Below are positions 18,757 through 26,987 of a DNA stretch of 32,000 bases, in pieces (positions within the stretch are counted from its first letter, which is position 1; each line of letters begins with the position of its first letter). This DNA comes from Methanosphaera stadtmanae DSM 3091 (lineage in GTDB: Archaea; Methanobacteriota; Methanobacteria; Methanobacteriales; Methanobacteriaceae). The stretch is taken from assembly GCF_000012545.1 (NCBI RefSeq), contig NC_007681.1:210001-242000 (forward strand). The letters are read 5' to 3'. The notes below the pieces were generated by a model. That model did no database searches. It saw nothing but the letters and a program-made list of their open reading frames with translations, and had not been told where the DNA came from. The translations under genes and the position numbers were made by a program.

Positions 18757-19590
18757 ATGGTTAGCCCTTTAGAAAAATACTATGACAAATTTGAAGATTA
18801 TGAAAAAATTGCTGTAAGATACAATGTTAAAATTGAAGGTCCAGCTCTTAAACCTGAAGATGACCCAGAAGTAGCAGAAATCTTACCAGCAGAAGAAGGA
18901 ATAAAAAGAACAGTAGCATTAGCTGTATTATATGGTGATAAAGACGAATGTGATGCACAAGTAGAAAAAGCATTAGATGCTGGTGAAGAACCAATAGACC
19001 TTATTAACAACGCTTTAATGAAAGGTATGGATGGAGTAAGTGCATTATATACTAAAGGTGAATTCTTCCTTCCTGATTTAATGCTTGCAGGAGATGCAAT
19101 GATGTCTGGAGTAGCACTTTGTGAAGCAAAACTCGGACACAAAGCAGATTCCAAAGCAACAGTATGTTGCTGTGCAGTAGAAGGAGACCCTCATGATATT
19201 GGTAAAAACTTAATTGTAATGTTCTTAAATGCAAATGGATACGAAGCAGTAGACCTTGGTCGTGACGTACCTAACACTAAAGTAGTAGAAGCAGTAAAAG
19301 AAAACAAACCAGTACTTGTAACTGCAACAGCATTAATGACAACAACCATGACAGCATTTGGTAAAATTATAGCATTAATGCAAGAAGCAGGACTCGACAC
19401 ACCATTTGGATGTGGAGGAGGAGCAGTACGTCGTGACTTTGTAGAAGAAACACCACAAACATTCTATGGTGTAGAAGCATATCACGTACCAAAATTAGCA
19501 GATGCAATTGTTGATGATGGTAAAACATGGGAAGACATCAGAAAAGAATACTCTGACATTGTTGGAGAATATGTAGCAGCATACTCCTAA
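18757..19590 (+). CDS. mtaC: Methanol corrinoid protein, copy 1
   Basis: 277-aa ORF with the B12-binding motif DxHxxG (GDPHDIGKN) and a downstream TAT/GGG pattern typical of cobalamin-binding Rossmann domains. Confidence 0.9.
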   Translation: MVSPLEKYYDKFEDYEKIAVRYNVKIEGPALKPEDDPEVAEILPAEEGIKRTVALAVLYGDKDECDAQVEKALDAGEEPIDLINNALMKGMDGVSALYTKGEFFLPDLMLAGDAMMSGVALCEAKLGHKADSKATVCCCAVEGDPHDIGKNLIVMFLNANGYEAVDLGRDVPNTKVVEAVKENKPVLVTATALMTTTMTAFGKIIALMQEAGLDTPFGCGGGAVRRDFVEETPQTFYGVEAYHVPKLADAIVDDGKTWEDIRKEYSDIVGEYVAAYS

Positions 19591-19591
19591 G

Positions 19592-19627
19592 TATGTTAAC
19601 ACATATTTTTCTTTTCTCTTTTTTTAA
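19592..19627 (+). terminator. Short hairpin plus T-rich tract after mtaC1
   Basis: TATGT-taac-ACATA followed by TTTTTCTTTTCTCTTTTTTT. Confidence 0.45.
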
Positions 19628-20010
19628 TTTTTTATTTAAATTATATATTTTAATTTCAATGATTTTAGAGTTATTTTTGAGTTTTTTTAATTACTACTTT
19701 AAGATTTATTTTTTTAAGTTTTATTTATTATAATACAAGCATTTTTTATTTTTATACTCATTTTACTAACAGATTCAAATTTATAGTAATAAAATTCAGT
19801 CTATTTTGTAATACAATCTCCTTGCTTAAATTTTTTAATTAAAAAACGTATTACATTATTTTTTAATAAATCCGTATATGTATCTCTAAATAAGTATAAA
19901 TTCTAATTTAGAGTTATTTTTTAATTTATACTCTTTTATAAGGTCTATTTAATTTTTAGACATATATTTTAACCTTTTTATACAATGAATTACCAAATGT
20001 ATTAATTGAA

Positions 20011-20049
20011 AGTATTATTGTACTATTGGTTAAGTACGAAAATAATACT
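20011..20049 (+). promoter_or_regulatory. Nested palindrome upstream of mtaB2
   Basis: Outer arms are AGTATTAT/ATAATACT (8 bp) and inner arms are GTACT/AGTAC (5 bp). The element is homologous in position to the mtaB3 palindrome. Confidence 0.45.
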
Positions 20050-20056
20050 GGAATAT

Positions 20057-20080
20057 ATTTAAAATAATTATGTGGGTATA
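20057..20080 (+). promoter_or_regulatory. Conserved mtaB promoter block (TATA-like TTTAAAATA plus ATGTGGGTATA), copy 2
   Basis: The 24-mer ATTTAAAATAATTATGTGGGTATA is identical to 22715-22738. Confidence 0.55.
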
Positions 20081-20118
20081 TGACAAATATATATAATTTT
20101 ATATAATTGGTGAAATAT

Positions 20119-21507
20119 ATGGCAGCAAAACGTTTTACAAAAATGGAAAATAAATCAGCTGATGATTTAGTATTTGGAAAAGCAGCAAATCCTGTAGAAT
20201 ATGGATTTGGTGTAAAATTAGGAGTAGGTGAAGTAGTACCTAACATTAAAGTAGCTCCTGCAGAAGGATCAGAAACAAGTGTTGAAGGTATGGTTGCAAC
20301 ATGTAAAAATATTGCATTTTCAGCATGTGACAGAGCTGCTGCAGTAGGATTACCTACAGTACAAATAGAACAAGAACACGTAGCACAACAAACAAAAAGT
20401 CGTGAAATTTCTGCAAAAACAACAGCAGTACAAATTGAACAATTAGAAGAATTACACGACAAATATGGAACAAAAACATCTTTAATGTCCACAATAGCAG
20501 ATATTCGTGAAGAAGATATGGGTGGACTTAGAGGATCTGACTTTGATGTAATGATGGATGAATCATTTGAAGCATGTGCAGAAAATGGAACATCAATCCT
20601 TTGTGTTGAAACCATTGGTGGTAAAGTAGTATCAGATTATGGTATATCAAGAGGAGATATCCGTGCTATATTATATGGTATAGGATTATTAGGTTCCATA
20701 GATATGGAATATATGTGGACAAAAATCTCAGACATAGCAAGTCACCACGACTGTGTACCTGGTGGAGACACAGACTGTGCACAAGCTAACACTGCAATGT
20801 TCCTTGGTGGAGGATTAACCAGTAAAAACGTATCACACACATTAGCAGCAGTAGCAAGAGCAATTTCTGGTGCAAGAAGTTTAGTAGCAGTTGAATGTGG
20901 TGCAGTAGGACCATTAAAAGACTGTGGATATGAAAACCCTATTGTAAAAGCTATAGGTGGAGTACCTATATGTGCAGAAGGTAAAAACGCAACATGTGCT
21001 CACTCAGACCTTATGGGTAACTTAGCATGTGCAGTAGTAGATTGTTGGAGTAACGAATCTGTATATAACAGAGAAGAAATGGGTGGACCAACACCTGGTG
21101 TATGGTTACAATCATTAGGTTATGAATGTGCTTTAATGAACACAGCAACTAAAATAAACAAAGAAAAAGATTTAAGAGATATTTACACATTAGCAGATAA
21201 ATACCGAGATCCACAAGCATTAATATTAGCATATGATAATGCTTACAGAATTGGTGAAGCTATTGTTGCAGAAGGAGAAGATATTTACCTTAGATCACGT
21301 GCAGCAGCATTAGAAGGAATAAGCATAATTAATGAAGCTGTTGATGAAAAACGTATGTTCTTAACAAGATTTGAAAGAGATTCTTTAGATTCTGCTCAAA
21401 AAACAATTGAACAATTACCAGAAGACAAAGATAAATTTGCAAAAGCTTGTATAAAACGTTACGGAAGAAAAGTAAAAGAACACGATCCATCACAATATGA
21501 ATTATAA
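20119..21507 (+). CDS. mtaB: Methanol:corrinoid methyltransferase, copy 2 (most divergent)
   Basis: 462 aa counted from the ATG at 20119, which follows GGTGA. The ORF-track TTG start at 20107 overlaps the RBS. Paralogue of copies 1 and 3. Confidence 0.88.
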   Translation: MAAKRFTKMENKSADDLVFGKAANPVEYGFGVKLGVGEVVPNIKVAPAEGSETSVEGMVATCKNIAFSACDRAAAVGLPTVQIEQEHVAQQTKSREISAKTTAVQIEQLEELHDKYGTKTSLMSTIADIREEDMGGLRGSDFDVMMDESFEACAENGTSILCVETIGGKVVSDYGISRGDIRAILYGIGLLGSIDMEYMWTKISDIASHHDCVPGGDTDCAQANTAMFLGGGLTSKNVSHTLAAVARAISGARSLVAVECGAVGPLKDCGYENPIVKAIGGVPICAEGKNATCAHSDLMGNLACAVVDCWSNESVYNREEMGGPTPGVWLQSLGYECALMNTATKINKEKDLRDIYTLADKYRDPQALILAYDNAYRIGEAIVAEGEDIYLRSRAAALEGISIINEAVDEKRMFLTRFERDSLDSAQKTIEQLPEDKDKFAKACIKRYGRKVKEHDPSQYEL

Positions 21508-21534
21508 GTGTTATATATAATAGGAAGTGAAATT

Positions 21535-22374
21535 ATGTCTGAAAGTCCATTAGCTAAATATAATGATTTAATATTTGATAATTATGAAGATATTGCAGTA
21601 AGATACAATGTTAAAATTGAAGGTCCTGCTCTTAAACCTGAAGATGACCCAGAAGTAGTAGAAATATTACCTAAAGAAGAAGGAGTAAAAAGATCACTTG
21701 CTCTAACAGTATTATATGGTGACAAAGATGAATGTGATGCACAAGTAGAAAAAGCATTAGAAGCTGGCGAAGATCCAATAGACCTTATTAACAACGCTTT
21801 AATGAAAGGTATGGATGGTGTAAGTGCATTATATACTAAAGGTGAATTCTTCTTACCTGATTTAATGCTTGCAGGAGATGCAATGATGTCTGGAGTAGCA
21901 ATTTGTGAAGATAAACTCGGACACAAATCAGAAACCAAAGCACCTGTAATGACCTTTGCTGTAGAAGGAGACCCTCATGACATTGGTAAAAACTTAATTG
22001 TAATGTTCTTAAATGCAAACGGATATGGTGCAATAGACCTTGGTCGTGACGTACCTACTGCTGAAGTAGTAAAACAAGCTCAAGAAAACAAACCTGTTCT
22101 CATGACTGCTACTGCTTTAATGACAACAACAATGACTGAATTCAGTAAAATTGTAGCTGCACTTCAAGAAGCAGGTATTGATACACCTATTGGATGTGGT
22201 GGAGGAGCTGTACGTCGTGACTTTGTAGAAGAAAGTCCACAAACTTTCTATGGTGTAGAAGCATATCACGTACCTAAATTAGCAGATGCTATTGTAGATG
22301 ATGGTAAAACTTGGGAAGACATCAGAAACGAATACTCTGACATTGTTGGAGAATACGTAGCAGCATACTCCTAA
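21535..22374 (+). CDS. mtaC: Methanol corrinoid protein, copy 2
   Basis: 279 aa counted from the ATG at 21535, which follows GGAAGTGA. Carries the GDPHDIGKN B12-binding motif. Confidence 0.9.
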   Translation: MSESPLAKYNDLIFDNYEDIAVRYNVKIEGPALKPEDDPEVVEILPKEEGVKRSLALTVLYGDKDECDAQVEKALEAGEDPIDLINNALMKGMDGVSALYTKGEFFLPDLMLAGDAMMSGVAICEDKLGHKSETKAPVMTFAVEGDPHDIGKNLIVMFLNANGYGAIDLGRDVPTAEVVKQAQENKPVLMTATALMTTTMTEFSKIVAALQEAGIDTPIGCGGGAVRRDFVEESPQTFYGVEAYHVPKLADAIVDDGKTWEDIRNEYSDIVGEYVAAYS

Positions 22375-22430
22375 GTATACTTAGAAAATCTTTCACAGAG
22401 TAATTATTTTATTGATTATTCGGGATTATG

Positions 22431-22460
22431 ATAAGAAATTTACTTTCTTATCTTTTTTTT
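22431..22460 (+). terminator. Hairpin plus T8 after mtaC2
   Basis: ATAAGAAA-tttac-TTTCTTAT forms an 8-bp stem, followed by TTTTTTTT (22453-22460). Confidence 0.5.
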
Positions 22461-22670
22461 ATTATTATTTTTAGGCTAATTTTTTATTAATAATTAGTAA
22501 TACTTTTTTTAAATAACTATTTTTTATAACAACTTATTATGTGTTATTTCTTTTTAATAAAAGTTATTTTAGATTATTTGTTATGAATAATATGTAACAT
22601 ATGCTTATTTTTTATTTTTAGTAAATATGGCTATCTTTTTATATATTAAAATATAAATAGTATTAATTGT

Positions 22671-22709
22671 AAGTATTAATTTACTAATTATTTAGTATCA
22701 ATAATACTT
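22671..22709 (+). promoter_or_regulatory. Nested palindrome upstream of mtaB3
   Basis: Outer arms are AAGTATTA/TAATACTT (8 bp) and inner arms are TACTAA/TTAGTA (6 bp). The inner arms differ from copy 2 but remain complementary. Confidence 0.45.
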
Positions 22710-22714
22710 GAATA

Positions 22715-22738
22715 ATTTAAAATAATTATGTGGGTATA
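22715..22738 (+). promoter_or_regulatory. Conserved mtaB promoter block, copy 3
   Basis: The 24-mer ATTTAAAATAATTATGTGGGTATA is identical to 20057-20080. It ends 27 nt before the ATG. Confidence 0.55.
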
Positions 22739-22765
22739 AAATAAAAAATATACTCGGTGAAATAT

Positions 22766-24151
22766 ATGGTATTAAAACGTTTTACAAAAATGGAAAATGC
22801 ATCAGCAGATGAAATGGTTTTCGGACAAACAAAACACCCAGTAAAGATGGGATTAGACCAGGTAATGGGTGGTGGAGATGTAGTTCCTAACATCAAAGTA
22901 GCTCCTGCAGAAGGATCAGAAGAATCAATTGATGGATTAGAAGCAACCTCTAAAAACATAGCATTTGCTGCATGTGAAAGAGCAGCAGCAATAGGGCTTC
23001 CTGCAATGCAAATAGAAACAGAACACGTACAACAACAATCTATCTCAAGAGAAGCATCAGAACGTTGTACAGCTGTTACATTTGAAGAACTTGAAAAATT
23101 ACACGACAAATTCGGTGCAAAAGTATCACTCATGTCAACAGTAGCAGATATGAGAGAAGAAGAAAACGGTCTTAGAGGATCAGAATTTGACATAGCAATG
23201 GATGAATCATTCGAAGCATGTGCACAAAATGGAGCATCAATGCTTTGTATTGAAACTATTGGTGGTAAAGTTGTATCAGATTATGGTATATCAAGGGGAG
23301 ATGTAAGAGCAATACTCTATGGTATAGGTGTACTTGGTTCTATTGATATGGAATATATGTGGACAAAAATTGTAGACATAGCAAAAAGAAACAATGTAGT
23401 TCCTGGTGGGGATACAGACTGTGCACAAGCTAACACTGCAATGTTCCTTGCAGGTGGATTAACTAGTAAAAACGTATCACATACAATTGCAGCAGTAGCA
23501 AGAGCAATTGCAGGAGCAAGAAGTTTAGTAGCAATTGAATGTGGTGCACAAGGACCAACAAAAGATTGTGGATATGAAAACCCTATTGTAAAATCAATAG
23601 CATCTGTACCAATCTGTGCAGAAGGTAAAAATGCAACATGTGCTCACTCAGACCTCATGGGTAACCTTGCAGCAGCAGTATGTGATGTATGGAGTAATGA
23701 ATCTGTATATAACAGAGAAGAAATGGGTGGACCAACACCTGGTGTATGGTTACAATCCCTAGGTTGTGAATGTGCTCTTATGAATACAGCAACACAAATC
23801 GGAACAAACAAACAATTAAGAGATACATATGCACTAGCAGATAAATACAGAGATCCTCAAGGTGTAATATTATCATATGATAATGCATATGAAATTGGTA
23901 AAGCTATTACAGCAGAAGGGGAAGATATTTACTTAAGATCACGTGCAGCAGCACTTAAGGCAATAGAATTAATCAACGATGCAGTAGATCAAAATCGTAT
24001 CTTATTAACAAGATTTGAAAGAGATACACTTGACTCTACCTTAAAAACATATGAACAATTACCTGATGATAAAGATAAATTCATAAAAACATGTATAAAA
24101 CGTTATGGAAGAAAAGTAAAAGAACATGATCCATCACAATATGAATTATAA
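22766..24151 (+). CDS. mtaB: Methanol:corrinoid methyltransferase, copy 3
   Basis: 461 aa counted from the ATG at 22766, which follows GGTGA. By my count it differs from copy 1 at roughly 30 positions. Confidence 0.88.
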   Translation: MVLKRFTKMENASADEMVFGQTKHPVKMGLDQVMGGGDVVPNIKVAPAEGSEESIDGLEATSKNIAFAACERAAAIGLPAMQIETEHVQQQSISREASERCTAVTFEELEKLHDKFGAKVSLMSTVADMREEENGLRGSEFDIAMDESFEACAQNGASMLCIETIGGKVVSDYGISRGDVRAILYGIGVLGSIDMEYMWTKIVDIAKRNNVVPGGDTDCAQANTAMFLAGGLTSKNVSHTIAAVARAIAGARSLVAIECGAQGPTKDCGYENPIVKSIASVPICAEGKNATCAHSDLMGNLAAAVCDVWSNESVYNREEMGGPTPGVWLQSLGCECALMNTATQIGTNKQLRDTYALADKYRDPQGVILSYDNAYEIGKAITAEGEDIYLRSRAAALKAIELINDAVDQNRILLTRFERDTLDSTLKTYEQLPDDKDKFIKTCIKRYGRKVKEHDPSQYEL

Positions 24152-24175
24152 ATAATTGAAAGGAAGTGTGTAAAA

Positions 24176-25009
24176 ATGGATAGTCCGTTAGAAAAATATT
24201 ATGGAAAATTAACAGATTATGATACAATTGCTATAAGATACAATGTTAAAATTGAAGGTCCTGCTCTTAAACCTGAAGATGATCCTGAAGTAATGGAAAT
24301 ATTACCTAAAGAAGAAGGAATAAAAAGAACAGTGGCTTTAGCTGTATTATATGGTGACAAAGACGAATGTGATGCACAAGTAGAAAAAGCATTAGATGCT
24401 GGTGAAGAACCAATAGACCTTATTAACAACGCTTTAATGAAAGGTATGGATGGTGTAAGTGCATTATATACTAAAGGTGAATTCTTCCTTCCTGATTTAA
24501 TGCTTGCAGGAGATGCAATGATGTCTGGAGTAGCACTTTGTGAAGCAAAACTTGGACACAAAGCAGATTCCAAAGCAACAGTATGTTGTTGTGCAGTAGA
24601 AGGAGACCCTCACGATATTGGTAAAAACTTAATTGTTATGTTCTTAAATGCAAATGGATATGAAGCAGTAGATCTTGGTCGTGATGTACCTAACACTAAA
24701 GTAGTAGAAGCAGTAAAAGAAAACAAACCAGTACTTGTAACTGCAACAGCATTAATGACAACAACCATGACAGCATTTGGTAAAATCATAGCATTAATGC
24801 AAGAAGCAGGACTTGACACACCATTTGGTTGTGGAGGAGGAGCAGTACGTCGTGACTTTGTAGAAGAAAGTCCACAAACATTCTATGGTGTAGAAGCATA
24901 CCACGTACCAAAAATAGCAGATGCTATTGTAGATGATGGTAAAACATGGGAAGACATCAGAAAAGAATATGCTGATATTGTTGGAGAATATGTAGCAGCA
25001 TACTCCTAG
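24176..25009 (+). CDS. mtaC: Methanol corrinoid protein, copy 3
   Basis: 277-aa ORF with the GDPHDIGKN motif. The central part, about 180 aa, is identical in protein sequence to copy 1. Confidence 0.9.
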   Translation: MDSPLEKYYGKLTDYDTIAIRYNVKIEGPALKPEDDPEVMEILPKEEGIKRTVALAVLYGDKDECDAQVEKALDAGEEPIDLINNALMKGMDGVSALYTKGEFFLPDLMLAGDAMMSGVALCEAKLGHKADSKATVCCCAVEGDPHDIGKNLIVMFLNANGYEAVDLGRDVPNTKVVEAVKENKPVLVTATALMTTTMTAFGKIIALMQEAGLDTPFGCGGGAVRRDFVEESPQTFYGVEAYHVPKIADAIVDDGKTWEDIRKEYADIVGEYVAAYS

Positions 25010-25022
25010 AACTTGTCTACAA

Positions 25023-25069
25023 ATTAGAAGATATAAAACTATTTTCTTTTCTTCTAACCTCCCTTTTTT
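25023..25069 (+). terminator. Hairpin plus T7 after mtaC3
   Basis: TTAGAAGA (25023-25030) pairs with TCTTCTAA (25049-25056). This is followed by CCTCCC and TTTTTTT. Confidence 0.5.
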
Positions 25070-25289
25070 TATAATTTAATTTAAATTAAACTTATTTTTT
25101 AAGATATTTCCTAATAATTCTTTTTTAAAGATGTACTATTTTTATAATTAATATTTTAAATATTTTAGCTAATCTTTATATTACACAAGATACTATAATT
25201 AATTAGAGTAAAAAAGTTATATTATGTTTAAACTAATTTACTATAAATAATAAGTGGAATCATATATGTCCAGATAAGGAGATGAGATT

Positions 25290-26933
25290 ATGGTAGAAGA
25301 ATATGCTATAGCAATGGATATAGGAACAAGTGGTGTTAGAGCACAAGCTATTAATGTTGAAGATAATAGTACAATTTCTACAACAGTTACATTAAGACAT
25401 CCAATTCCTGGAGCTAATGTAATGGATCATTTACATTTTGCAGTGAATGTTGGTAGAGAACAAGCACACCAACTAATAATGGAAGCTGTAAATAAAGTAG
25501 TTGACCAGTTAGAAGTGGATAAATCTAAAATTACTAGATTTGCGGTATGTGGTAACCCAATTCAATTATCATTATTCCAAAATATTGAAATTAGAGATTT
25601 AGCATTTTGGGGAACAAATGCTGTTGAACGTATGAAAATTACACCACCAAAAAGAAATGCACAGATTATTAAACCAGGTGATGTTGACTTGGATATTAAT
25701 CCTGATGCAGATGTATACATACCTCCAGCAATAAAACATGAAATAGGAGCAGATGCACTTGCAATGCTTGTTAAATCTGGTGTTGTTGACAAAGAAGGTA
25801 TTTACTTAGTATCAGATTTTGGTACAAATGCAGAAATAGCACTTGTAATAGATGGTGAAATATTTTCTTGTTCAGCAGCAGCAGGACCTGCTATGGAAGG
25901 TCAGGCAATTGAATGTGGTATGCTAGCATCCCCTGGAGCAATTTGTGATGTAACAGCTGAGGGTGATCAGTGGAGAAACATGGTACTTAACAGTGATCTA
26001 AAAGTAGATGCATGTAACTTAATGGATGTAACTACAGGTGAAATTATAGAACAACAGAATCCACAAACACAAGCTCGTGGTATTACAGGTACTGGTGTAA
26101 TTTCAGCATACAGTTTAGGTACAGAACAGGGAATTATTTCAATTCCAGATATTAAAACTGATGATAATAAAATAAATCTACAAGATGATGTTTACTTATC
26201 AGAAAAAGACTTAACTGAAATTGGTAAAGCATTAGGTGCTTTTAGAGCAGCACACATAACATTATGTGTAGAAGCAGGTATTGAATTAGATGATATTGAT
26301 GCAGTTTATATGGCAGGTGCAAGTGGTTTCTATGTAGATCCAATGAAATCATTAACAGTAGGTCAAATACCTGCATGTTCATGGGATATTTACCAGATAG
26401 GTAACACATCACTCTCTATGGCAAGGGATATTGTTGAAAATCCCGACTTACTAAGTGAATTACAAGAAGTTGCTGATGGTATGAGGGGAAACCATATTAC
26501 ACTTGCAACATCTGAAATATTTGAGAAAATATATGGATTAGAACTTGCTGTATGTGAACAAAACATGCCATTATGGAAGTATGATGAATGGCTAGAAAGT
26601 TATGGCTATGGTAACTTACCTGAAGTAGAGGATGACCCTGAAATTCACAGATTATTTGAGAGTGATATACCAGATATTGGAGTAAATGGTTTATCTATTA
26701 TTGAAGAGGTAGGTACTAAACTTGAAAGTAAGGTTGAAGGATGTATTAGTTGTCAAGCATGTGCAAATGAATGTCCTGAAAGTGCACTTAAAATTGAAGA
26801 TGGTGTTGCTACTATACGTTCTGATTACTGTAATGGTAGTGCATGTTTAAGATGTGAGCTTGTATGTCCAGAGAAAGTATTCCTTTATGAGAAAATGTTC
26901 TATATTGAAGGTGAGGATGCAAAAAGTTTATAA
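25290..26933 (+). CDS. ramA: RamA-family ATP-dependent reductive activase of corrinoid proteins (ASKHA domain plus 2x[4Fe-4S] ferredoxin domain)
   Basis: 547-aa ORF. Has an ASKHA phosphate-1 motif (AMDIGTSGVR) and two C-terminal Cys clusters (CISCQACANECP and CNGSACLRCELVCP). AAGGAGA RBS present. Sits directly after the mta operons. Confidence 0.8.
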   Translation: MVEEYAIAMDIGTSGVRAQAINVEDNSTISTTVTLRHPIPGANVMDHLHFAVNVGREQAHQLIMEAVNKVVDQLEVDKSKITRFAVCGNPIQLSLFQNIEIRDLAFWGTNAVERMKITPPKRNAQIIKPGDVDLDINPDADVYIPPAIKHEIGADALAMLVKSGVVDKEGIYLVSDFGTNAEIALVIDGEIFSCSAAAGPAMEGQAIECGMLASPGAICDVTAEGDQWRNMVLNSDLKVDACNLMDVTTGEIIEQQNPQTQARGITGTGVISAYSLGTEQGIISIPDIKTDDNKINLQDDVYLSEKDLTEIGKALGAFRAAHITLCVEAGIELDDIDAVYMAGASGFYVDPMKSLTVGQIPACSWDIYQIGNTSLSMARDIVENPDLLSELQEVADGMRGNHITLATSEIFEKIYGLELAVCEQNMPLWKYDEWLESYGYGNLPEVEDDPEIHRLFESDIPDIGVNGLSIIEEVGTKLESKVEGCISCQACANECPESALKIEDGVATIRSDYCNGSACLRCELVCPEKVFLYEKMFYIEGEDAKSL

Positions 26934-26987
26934 TTCCTCTTTCTATTTTTTTTATATTATTTAACTTTTTTTTAAATATAATTAGGT

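Noticed and set aside
17309-24151. In-frame amber (pyrrolysine) codons in the methyltransferase genes.
   Set aside because: All three mtaB frames are uninterrupted. Methanol methyltransferases are not Pyl enzymes, and no pyl genes are present.
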